Assembly: GCA_046290465.1 (NCBI GenBank)
Contig: JBKAGP010000001.1
Coordinates: 416,001 to 480,000 of the forward strand
Origin: Planctomycetota bacterium
GTDB taxonomy: Bacteria > Planctomycetota > UBA1135 > UBA2386
Length of the DNA: 64,000 bases
Reading direction: 5' to 3'
Numbering within the stretch: position 1 is the stretch's first letter; every line of letters starts with the position of its first letter. This document shows positions 55,227 to 64,000 of the stretch, piece after piece. The notes under the pieces are model-generated. The model did no database searches. It saw only the letters and a list, made by a program, of their open reading frames with translations, and was not told the DNA's origin. Position numbers and translations under genes: made by a program.

Positions 55227-56213
55227 ATGCTCGCCAAGCGAATCCTGATCACGGTCTGGTTGTGCCTCGTGGCGGCCGTCGCGCTGCCGGCTCAAGAAGG
55301 TGGCCACGGCGGCGGCAACGAGCAGCAGCCGGAGGCCCACGCGACGGAAGGCGGCGAACAGCACGCTGGCGGCGATCACGGCCACCACGCTCCGTCGCAC
55401 ACGATGGAGATGACCGCGTCGGACATCTTCAAGTGGCAGTTCGACCACAGCGTCACCTACCCGATCGCGGGCGAGAAGGACGGCTGGTTCACGGTCTGGA
55501 ACATCCAGCCGTGGCAGGGCGTCTGCCTGCTGCTGATGCTGCTGATCTTCATGCCGGTCGTCGGCTCCTTCAAGAAGGGCAACGTCGGCTGGTTCACGCG
55601 CGTCATGCGGGGCTTCTGCCTGTGGGTGCGCGACGAGATGGTCTACTCGGTCATGGGCAAGGAAGAGGGCCGGCAGTGGGCGCCCTTCTTCATGTTCATG
55701 TTCTTCTTCATCGTGTTCATGAACGTGATCGGCCTGATCCCCTCGGCCGGCCACGGCTTCCCGCTCGCGATCTACACCGCCACCGGCACGCCCTACGTGA
55801 CCGGCGCGCTGGCCGTCATCACGCTGCTGATGATGCTCGGCTGCGGCATCAAGAAGAACGGCGCGGTCGGCTTCTTCAAGGGTCTGGTCCCGCACGGCCT
55901 GCCGCTGCCGCTGATCCCGATCATGTTCCTGATCGAGGTCGTGTCGCTGCTGGTCAAGCCGTTCGCGCTGACGATTCGTCTGTTCGCGAACATGCTCGCC
56001 GGCCACCTGGTGATCGCCTCGGCGATCGGCCTGATCTTCCTGTTCGCCCGCCTGCAGGAAGGCGCCGCCACCAGCTACCTCACCGCGATCCCGTGCTTCG
56101 GCATGGCGGTGTTCATCTACATCATCGAGGCCTTCATCACCCTGCTGCAGGCCTACATCTTCACGTTCCTGAGCATCAACTTCATCCACCAGTCGATCCA
56201 CCAGGATCACTAG
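55227..56213 (+). CDS. atpB: F0F1 ATP synthase subunit a
   Basis: ATG55227; FFFIVFMNVIGLIP, KPFALTIRLFANMLAGH, LQAYIFTFLS. Confidence 0.96.
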   Translation: MLAKRILITVWLCLVAAVALPAQEGGHGGGNEQQPEAHATEGGEQHAGGDHGHHAPSHTMEMTASDIFKWQFDHSVTYPIAGEKDGWFTVWNIQPWQGVCLLLMLLIFMPVVGSFKKGNVGWFTRVMRGFCLWVRDEMVYSVMGKEEGRQWAPFFMFMFFFIVFMNVIGLIPSAGHGFPLAIYTATGTPYVTGALAVITLLMMLGCGIKKNGAVGFFKGLVPHGLPLPLIPIMFLIEVVSLLVKPFALTIRLFANMLAGHLVIASAIGLIFLFARLQEGAATSYLTAIPCFGMAVFIYIIEAFITLLQAYIFTFLSINFIHQSIHQDH

Positions 56214-56284
56214 GCGAAGTCGCTCCGGCACGTTTCGTCAGCTTCAGTTCCAACCCTTCCCTTTCGTCAGTAACGGAGAATCCA

Positions 56285-56548
56285 ATGATCGCTTTCTTCC
56301 AGGATGCCCTCGCTCAAGCGACCGCCTCGAACATCGGCCTCGGCATCGGTGCCGGCCTTGCCGCTGGCCTCGCCGCCGTCGGTGCGGGCATGGGCATCGG
56401 CAAGATCGGTGGCTCGGCCGGTGAGGGCATCGCCCGTCAACCGGAAGCTGCCGGCGACATCAAGGGCAACGCGCTGATCCTCGCGGCCTTCGTCGAAGGT
56501 GTCGCGCTGTTCGCCGCGGTCATCGGCCTGCTGCTCGCGAACAAGTAG
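56285..56548 (+). CDS. atpE: F0F1 ATP synthase subunit c (H+-type)
   Basis: ATG56285; GAGMGIG, ARQPEA, essential Glu in FVEGVALF. Confidence 0.95.
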   Translation: MIAFFQDALAQATASNIGLGIGAGLAAGLAAVGAGMGIGKIGGSAGEGIARQPEAAGDIKGNALILAAFVEGVALFAAVIGLLLANK

Positions 56549-56625
56549 TTCGCGGGTAGGCCGCGGGCACGTCGTCCGCGGCTCCAGGTGCCAGTCGACC
56601 CATTGATCCGTACGCGGAGGTAATC

Positions 56626-57174
56626 GTGCCGTTCGCCAATACTCTGACCATTCTTGCAGCCGAGGACGGCCCGAAGCCGCTCGGCGCGCTGCTGGACTTC
56701 CAGCCCGGCGCGATGATCTGGACGTTCCTCGCGTTCGGCGTCGGCCTCATCTTCATGTGGAAGTTCGTCTACGGGCCGATCACCGCGGCCCTGGAGGAGC
56801 GGGACACGAAGGTCGAGGACGCCATCAAGGCTGCCGAGGTCGCCCGTCAGGAAGCCGAAGCGCAGATGCAGAAGGCGCAGGCCGAACTCGCCGAAGCCCA
56901 GGCCAACGCCAAGCGCATGGTCGAGGAGGCGATGGGTCGCGCCGAGCGCCAGGCTGCCGAAGCCGTGCGTGAGGCCGACGAGCGCGCCAAGGCCGAGCTG
57001 CAGAAGGCCCGCGACACGATCGCGGCCGAGAAGCGCCAGGCCGTGCAGGAGATCCGCGCGATCGCGGTCGACCTGACGATCACCGCGACCGGCAAGCTGC
57101 TCGGTCAAGAGGTCGACGCCGCCAAGAACAAGCCGCTGGTCGAGTCGTTCGTCAGCGGCGCGGAGAACGTCTGA
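56626..57174 (+). CDS. atpF: F0F1 ATP synthase subunit b
   Basis: IWT..F TM helix, GPITAALEER, long coiled coil. Confidence 0.93.
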   Translation: MPFANTLTILAAEDGPKPLGALLDFQPGAMIWTFLAFGVGLIFMWKFVYGPITAALEERDTKVEDAIKAAEVARQEAEAQMQKAQAELAEAQANAKRMVEEAMGRAERQAAEAVREADERAKAELQKARDTIAAEKRQAVQEIRAIAVDLTITATGKLLGQEVDAAKNKPLVESFVSGAENV

Positions 57175-57707
57175 TGACGCTGCTCGCCAAACGCTACGCC
57201 TCGGCGCTGTTCACGCTGGCCAAGGACAAGGGCGCCGTCGATGCGGTGGCCAGCGACCTGGCCGCGCTGCACGGCGAGCTGCACGCGCCCGGCGCGGCGG
57301 CGCTGCTCGACAGCCCGGACGTGGCCGCCGACGAGCGCACCCGGATCCTCGGCAAGCTGACCGAGGGTCGTCACGAGCTGGTCGCAAACCTCGCGGGCGT
57401 GCTGCAGTACCGCCGCCGCCTCGAGGTGCTGAAGGACCTGCCGACGGCGTTCCGCGAGCTGCTGATGCAGGATCGCGGTGAGGTCGAGGGCGTCGCCGAA
57501 TCGGCGCACCCGCTCGGCGAACAAGAACTGGCGGGCCTGACCGACCTGGCCTCCCGCCTGACCGGCAAGAAGGTCGTGCTGACCGCCGCGCACAAGCCCG
57601 AGCTGATCGGTGGCGTGCGCCTGGTCGTCGGCAACGTGCTCTACGACGGCTCGCTGCGGGCCGCGTTGGAACAGCTCGAAAGCAAACTGCAGCATTCGTC
57701 CGTCTGA
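57174..57707 (+). CDS. atpH: F0F1 ATP synthase subunit delta
   Basis: AKRYASALF, PELIGG, YDGSLR. Confidence 0.93.
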   Translation: MTLLAKRYASALFTLAKDKGAVDAVASDLAALHGELHAPGAAALLDSPDVAADERTRILGKLTEGRHELVANLAGVLQYRRRLEVLKDLPTAFRELLMQDRGEVEGVAESAHPLGEQELAGLTDLASRLTGKKVVLTAAHKPELIGGVRLVVGNVLYDGSLRAALEQLESKLQHSSV

Positions 57708-57809
57708 ATCCAGGCGTCGCCGTCCGGCGCGCCCGGGTTGCCGGCGCGCGCCGCGAGGCTCGCGCCACCTACTGATCGCACAACTCCACAGCCACCTTAC
57801 GAAGTCATC

Positions 57810-59351
57810 ATGGACCTCAAACCATCCGAAGTCGCCACCGTCCTCAAGGCCGAGATCGAGGGCTTCCAGGGCAAGATGCAGAAGTCGAACGTCGGCACCG
57901 TCCTGATGGTCGGTGACGGCACGGCCCGCGTGCACGGCCTCGACGACTGCATGATGAACGAGATGCTCGACTTCGGGAACGGCATCTACGGCGTCGCCCT
58001 GAACCTCGAAGAGGACAACGTCGGCGCGGTGCTGCTCGGCTCCGACCGCGAGGTCAAGGAAGGCGACACCGTGCGCACGACCGGCCGCATCATCTCGGTG
58101 CCGACCGGCCTGCAGATGTGTGGCCGCGTGGTCGACTCGCTCGGTCGCGCCGTCGACGGCAAGGGTGACATCAAGGTCGACGAGTCGGACTACCGTCCGA
58201 TCGAAGGCCGTTCGCCGTCGGTGCCGGAGCGCCAGCCGGTCACCGAGCCGCTGCAGACGGGCATCAAGGCGATTGACGCGATGATCCCGATCGGCCGTGG
58301 CCAGCGTGAGCTGATCATCGGCGACCGCCAGACCGGCAAGACCGCGCTGATCATCGACACGTTCATCAACCAGAAGCAGACCGGCGGCGGCGATCCGAAC
58401 AACAAGGATCAGGTCATCTGCATCTACGTCGCGGTCGGCCAGAAGCAGTCGACGGTCAAGGGCGTGGTGCAGAAGCTCGAGGAGAACGGTGCCTTGCCGT
58501 ACACGATCGTCGTGTCGGCGCCGGCGTCGTCCGAGGCCTCGATGCAGTTCCTCAGCTGCTACGCCGGTGCCGCGATGGGTGAGCGACTGCGCGACGAAGG
58601 TCGCCACGTCGTGATCGCCTACGACGACCTCTACAAGCAGGCGCTGGCCTACCGCCAGGTCATGCTGCTGCTGCGTCGTCCGCCGGGTCGTGAGGCCTTC
58701 CCGGGTGACGTGTTCAACCTGCACTCCCGCCTGCTCGAGCGCGCCGCCAAGCTGTCGGACGCGATGGGTGGCGGCTCGATGACGGCGCTGCCGGTCGTCG
58801 AGACGCAGGAAGGCGACGTGTCGGCCTACATCCCGACCAACGTGATCTCGATCACCGACGGCCAGATCTTCGTCGAGTCGTCGCTGTTCAACGCCGGCCA
58901 GCGCCCGGCCGTGAACGCCGGCATCTCGGTCTCGCGCGTCGGTGGCGCCGCACAGATCCCGGCGATGAAGAAGAACGCCGGTGGCCTCCGCATCCAGCTG
59001 GCGCAGTTCCGCGAGCTGGCGGCGTTCGCCCAGTTCGGCAGCGACCTCGACAAGGCGACCCAGGACGCGATCACCCGCGGCCAGCGCATGACCGAGGTCC
59101 TCAAGCAGGCCGAGTACGAGCCGCTGCCGGTCGAGGAGCAGATCGTCATCATCTACGCCGGCACCTCGGGCGGTCTCGACGAGGTCCCGGTCGACCAGGT
59201 CGCCGAGTTCGAGAAGAAGTACCTCGCGTTCGTTCGCGCCAGCCACGCCGACGTGCTCACCGACATCCGTGAGAACAAGAAGTGGACGGACGAGCTGAAG
59301 GCGAAGTGCGACGAGATGGTCAAGACGTTCAAGGGCGAGTTCCTCGCCTAG
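57810..59351 (+). CDS. atpA: F0F1 ATP synthase subunit alpha
   Basis: ATG57810; [41 protein letters not shown]. Confidence 0.98.
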   Translation: MDLKPSEVATVLKAEIEGFQGKMQKSNVGTVLMVGDGTARVHGLDDCMMNEMLDFGNGIYGVALNLEEDNVGAVLLGSDREVKEGDTVRTTGRIISVPTGLQMCGRVVDSLGRAVDGKGDIKVDESDYRPIEGRSPSVPERQPVTEPLQTGIKAIDAMIPIGRGQRELIIGDRQTGKTALIIDTFINQKQTGGGDPNNKDQVICIYVAVGQKQSTVKGVVQKLEENGALPYTIVVSAPASSEASMQFLSCYAGAAMGERLRDEGRHVVIAYDDLYKQALAYRQVMLLLRRPPGREAFPGDVFNLHSRLLERAAKLSDAMGGGSMTALPVVETQEGDVSAYIPTNVISITDGQIFVESSLFNAGQRPAVNAGISVSRVGGAAQIPAMKKNAGGLRIQLAQFRELAAFAQFGSDLDKATQDAITRGQRMTEVLKQAEYEPLPVEEQIVIIYAGTSGGLDEVPVDQVAEFEKKYLAFVRASHADVLTDIRENKKWTDELKAKCDEMVKTFKGEFLA

Positions 59352-59418
59352 TCCGGACCTCTTCGCGCGCACCCGCAGCACTCGCAGGCTAACCACGAAC
59401 TCCCCGAGCAACTGAACC

Positions 59419-60300
59419 ATGGCGAACCTCAAGGAACTCCGCGGCCGCATCAAGTCGGTGGCCAGCATCGCGCAGATCACCGGCGCGATGGAGATGGTCG
59501 CGTCGATGAAGCTGCGCAAGGTCCAGGCCAAGGCGCAGGGCTTCGCGCCCTACACGGCCGAGATCCGCGACATGATCTTCCGCATCGCTGCCAAGGTCGC
59601 CGGTGAGGAGGACGTGCCGCTGTTCATGGCCCGCGAGGTCGAGACCGTCGGCATCTTCCTGATCAGCTCGGACCGCGGCCTGTGCGGCTCCTACAACAGC
59701 AACCTGCTGCTGGCGCTGCGTCGCAAGGTCGACGCGCTGAAGGCCGAGGGCAAGCAGGTCAAGTTCTGGGTCTACGGCCGCAAGGGCTACGCCTGGCTGC
59801 AGCGCCGCGGCTTCGAGGTCGAGCGCTTCTTCGTCGAGCCGCCGCTCGACAAGGCCGACTTCACGTCGGCCAAGCTGGTCGCCCAGGAGCTGGTCGATGC
59901 GTTCACGTCGGGCAAGGTCGACGAGATGCGCATGTTCACCACGCGCTTCCAGTCGATGGTCAAGTTCGTGCCGACCGACGCGGCGTTCCTGCCGATCAAG
60001 ACCATCGCGGTCGGCGACGACGCCGAGCAGCAGAAGATGGAGCTCGACTTCCTGATCGAGCCGGACGCCACCACGGTGTTCAACGCGTTGATGCCGCGCT
60101 ACCTGGAGACGGTCGTGTTCGACGCGATGCTCCAGTCGCTGACCAGCGAACACGCTTCTCGCCGGATGGCGATGAAGGGCGCGACCGATGCCGCCGGTCG
60201 CATGCAGAAGGACCTCAAGAAGATCTACAACCGCGCCCGTCAGGAGAGCATCACCAAGGAGCTGCTCGACATCGTCGGTGGCGCGAGCGCCGTCAGCTGA
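59419..60300 (+). CDS. atpG: F0F1 ATP synthase subunit gamma
   Basis: ITGAMEMVA, SDRGLCGSYN, SEHASRRMAM, NRARQESITKE. Confidence 0.97.
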   Translation: MANLKELRGRIKSVASIAQITGAMEMVASMKLRKVQAKAQGFAPYTAEIRDMIFRIAAKVAGEEDVPLFMAREVETVGIFLISSDRGLCGSYNSNLLLALRRKVDALKAEGKQVKFWVYGRKGYAWLQRRGFEVERFFVEPPLDKADFTSAKLVAQELVDAFTSGKVDEMRMFTTRFQSMVKFVPTDAAFLPIKTIAVGDDAEQQKMELDFLIEPDATTVFNALMPRYLETVVFDAMLQSLTSEHASRRMAMKGATDAAGRMQKDLKKIYNRARQESITKELLDIVGGASAVS

Positions 60301-60319
60301 GGCTGACCACACCCTTTGA

Positions 60320-61834
<1,515 letters not shown>

Positions 61835-61876
61835 GTCGACCCGCACGCCGCAACCCAACGTTCCCACCCGCTAGCC

Positions 61877-62308
61877 ATGGCCGAAATCCACCTGCGCATC
61901 GTCACCCCCGACCGCACCATCGTCGACCGCAAGGTCGCCTCGGTGTCGTTCGTCGGCACCGACGGCCGCTACGGCATCCTGCCGCGCCACGCGCCGCTGA
62001 TGACCGGCATCGCGCAAAGCGGCACGGCGACGATCGTCGAGACCGACGGCAAGTCGGCCGAGATGTTCATCAGCGACGGCTTCGCGCAGGTGCAGCACAA
62101 CGTGCTGACGCTGGTCTGCGAAGCCGGTGAGTTCGCCCACGAGATCGACATGGATCGCGTCAAGGCGAAGGAGCAGGAGGCGCGCGAGAAGCTCGCCAAC
62201 CTCGACAAGCTCAGCGAGGAGTTCCTGAAGGCCGAGGCTTCGCTCCGCAAGGCGCTCGCTCGCGAACGGCTGGCCCGCCGGGCCTCGGGCACCGGCAGCC
62301 TCAGCTAG
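61877..62308 (+). CDS. atpC: F0F1 ATP synthase subunit epsilon
   Basis: IVTPDR, GILPRHAP, C-terminal helical hairpin. Confidence 0.94.
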   Translation: MAEIHLRIVTPDRTIVDRKVASVSFVGTDGRYGILPRHAPLMTGIAQSGTATIVETDGKSAEMFISDGFAQVQHNVLTLVCEAGEFAHEIDMDRVKAKEQEAREKLANLDKLSEEFLKAEASLRKALARERLARRASGTGSLS

Positions 62309-62513
62309 GCAGCCCTCACAGCAGCCGCGCACGGTCCGCATCGCAGCGGGCATCGCAGCTGGTTTGGTCCTTCGGCGTGGGGGGGCCTTCATCGTGGGGA
62401 ACTTCCCGCAGCCGTGCCCCCGCGACCACGGCCGCCGGAGGCCGCGCGGGACCTCGTTGACGTCGGGAATTCCCGCAGGTTCGCGGTGCGTATGCAGGCC
62501 GGCCAACGCCCGG

Positions 62514-62521
62514 GCCGATAA
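62514..62521 (+). promoter_or_regulatory. Sigma28 (FliA)-type -10 element GCCGATAA upstream of cheB
   Basis: Exact consensus -10, 10 nt before ATG62532; -35 match is weak. Confidence 0.55.
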
Positions 62522-62531
62522 GGGGCCGGGC

Positions 62532-63620
62532 ATGACTTCTCGCGCTGCAAAGATCCGGGTCCTGGTGGTGGATCGCGATCCGGAACTGCGGCACGGCCTG
62601 GCGACGAGACTGGGGAGACACCCCTACCTCGAAGTGATCGGCACGGCCTCCGGTGCGCAGACCGCGCTGCCGAAGATCGCCGCCTACCGACCGGACTGGG
62701 TGATCATCGACCTGTCCGAGGACCCGCAGGGCGGCCTCGGCATGCTCGAGGTCATGCAGGAGGCCCGCGTCGACTCGCGCCGCGCGGTGATCACCGGCCA
62801 GGTCGGGACCCAGGCCGCCGAACTGGCCGCGCAGGCGCGCGCCTGCGGGGTCGCCGCGGTGGTGCGCCGCGAGCCGCATCTGGTCGGACGCGACCTGACC
62901 GAACGGCTCGGCAGCGACCTGCTGACGCCGATCCTGCGCGCGGCCGGGGCGCGGCCGTTCCAGGGCCAGGACGCCGGCGGGTCGGCCGGTCGCAGCGCCG
63001 GCCGCCACGGGACGAGCCCGTCGGAGGTGGTCGTGCCGAGCCGCGAGGTGCGGGTCGTCGGCCTCGGCGTCAGCACCGGCGGCCCGGTCGCACTCAACGA
63101 ACTGCTGCCGCAGCTGCCGGCGTCGTTCCCGGTGCCGATCGTGGTCGTGCAGTACATGCCGCCCGGCTTCACCAAGAGCCTGGCGGCATCGCTCGACAAG
63201 ATCTGCGCGCTGTCGGTTCGCGAACTGCAGGGCGGCGAGCCGCTGGTCGGCGGCCAGGTGCTGATCGCGCCCGGTGGCCGCCACGCGCGGGTCGCGCGCG
63301 GCAATCCACAACCGGTCGTGCGCGTCACCGACGACCCGCCGGAGTGCTCGTGCCGGCCGTCGGTCGACTACCTGTTCCGTTCGCTCGCCGACACCTACGG
63401 CCGCGCGGTGCTCGGCGTGATGCTGACCGGCATGGGCGAGGACGGCTGGATGGGCTCGCGCGCGATCCACGACGCGGGCGGCGTGCTGCTGGCGCAGGAC
63501 GAGGCCAGCTCCGCCGTCTACGGCATGCCGCGCGGGCCGATCGAAGCCGGCATCGCGCGCGCCGTGCCGCTGTCGCAGATGGCGCAGGCGATCTTCGACC
63601 AGCTCGGAGGTGCGCGATGA
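62532..63620 (+). CDS. cheB: CheB-like chemotaxis methylesterase/response regulator, catalytic His replaced by Tyr
   Basis: REC domain; GVSTGGP, VVQYMP (canonical QHMP), RPSVDYLF, LTGMGEDG, AQDEASS.VYGMP. Confidence 0.88.
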   Translation: MTSRAAKIRVLVVDRDPELRHGLATRLGRHPYLEVIGTASGAQTALPKIAAYRPDWVIIDLSEDPQGGLGMLEVMQEARVDSRRAVITGQVGTQAAELAAQARACGVAAVVRREPHLVGRDLTERLGSDLLTPILRAAGARPFQGQDAGGSAGRSAGRHGTSPSEVVVPSREVRVVGLGVSTGGPVALNELLPQLPASFPVPIVVVQYMPPGFTKSLAASLDKICALSVRELQGGEPLVGGQVLIAPGGRHARVARGNPQPVVRVTDDPPECSCRPSVDYLFRSLADTYGRAVLGVMLTGMGEDGWMGSRAIHDAGGVLLAQDEASSAVYGMPRGPIEAGIARAVPLSQMAQAIFDQLGGAR

Positions 63621-64000
63621 AGCTGCGCGCCGGCGAGATGAAGTTGATGGAGCAGCTGGTGCTGCAGCTGTCCGGCGTGTCGCTCGACGCGTCGAAGGCC
63701 TATCTGATCGAGACGCGCCTCGGCCACCTCGCCGATCGCGCCGGGTGCAGCAACTTCAACGAGCTGTACTTCCGGCTGCGCCACGGCGGCGACCCGGCGC
63801 TGGTTTGCGAGGTCGTCGACGCGATCACGACGCACGAGACCACCTGGTTCCGCGACGGCGCGCCGTTCGACGCGCTCGAGCAGCGGCTGTTGCCCGACCT
63901 GATCGAACGGGCCCGCGGCCGCGGCTCGCGGCGGCTGCGCATCTGGAGTGCCGCCTGCAGCTCCGGCCAGGAGCCGTACTCGCTGGCGATGCTGCTGCAC
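63617..64000 (+). CDS. cheR: Chemotaxis methyltransferase CheR, 5' part (runs off the window)
   Basis: ATGA overlap with cheB; KAYLIETRL, ITTHETTWFRD, RIWSAACSSGQEPYSLAM; absent from the ORF track because it has no stop in the window. Confidence 0.93.
   Translation, partial: MKLRAGEMKLMEQLVLQLSGVSLDASKAYLIETRLGHLADRAGCSNFNELYFRLRHGGDPALVCEVVDAITTHETTWFRDGAPFDALEQRLLPDLIERARGRGSRRLRIWSAACSSGQEPYSLAMLLH

Overview
Very high-GC bacterial chromosomal window, mostly core genome. It is probably from Planctomycetota (inferred from the two H-X9-DG-like prepilins and general gene style; not verified). Most long ORFs in the supplied track are GC-driven shadow frames or have spurious N-terminal extensions, so starts were re-called from the sequence. 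In order: the end of an exosortase A (PEP-CTERM) EPS operon (chain-length determinant, O-glycosylation ligase, amidotransferase, two GT4, exosortase-EpsI, deacetylase); a convergent sigma54 response regulator plus a 1329-aa TPR-like protein; a Bat-like DUF58/VWA/TPR/BatD operon without MoxR; convergent tRNA-Leu(TAA) and tRNA-Cys(GCA); NIL-ggt-rpe-accD-truD; recC-recB-recD; a three-gene metal locus; eda divergent from an unknown secreted protein; xerC, EamA, htpX; serA-serB-class V aminotransferase; a PEP-CTERM priming sugar transferase in frame with YraN; yajC, mnmA, HU; a HEAT lipoprotein; two paralogous prepilins; a secreted protein; a complete F1Fo operon; cheB (catalytic His replaced by Tyr) and a partial cheR. 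The best candidate for an undescribed system is 33890-36992: a DUF2946-like exported CxxC/RAP[P/S] leader protein, then an ECF sigma factor with a His/Cys-rich linker and no adjacent anti-sigma, then a 29-bp perfect inverted repeat, then a ZIP-like/DUF318 fusion permease with a poly-His tail. Other signals: short tandem repeats that start at gene 3' ends, TAGNNT-N6-GTG leaderless starts, a palindromic operator candidate between eda and a possible polysaccharide lyase, and a sigma28-type -10 element before cheB. Family assignments come from motif recognition; no database searches were run.
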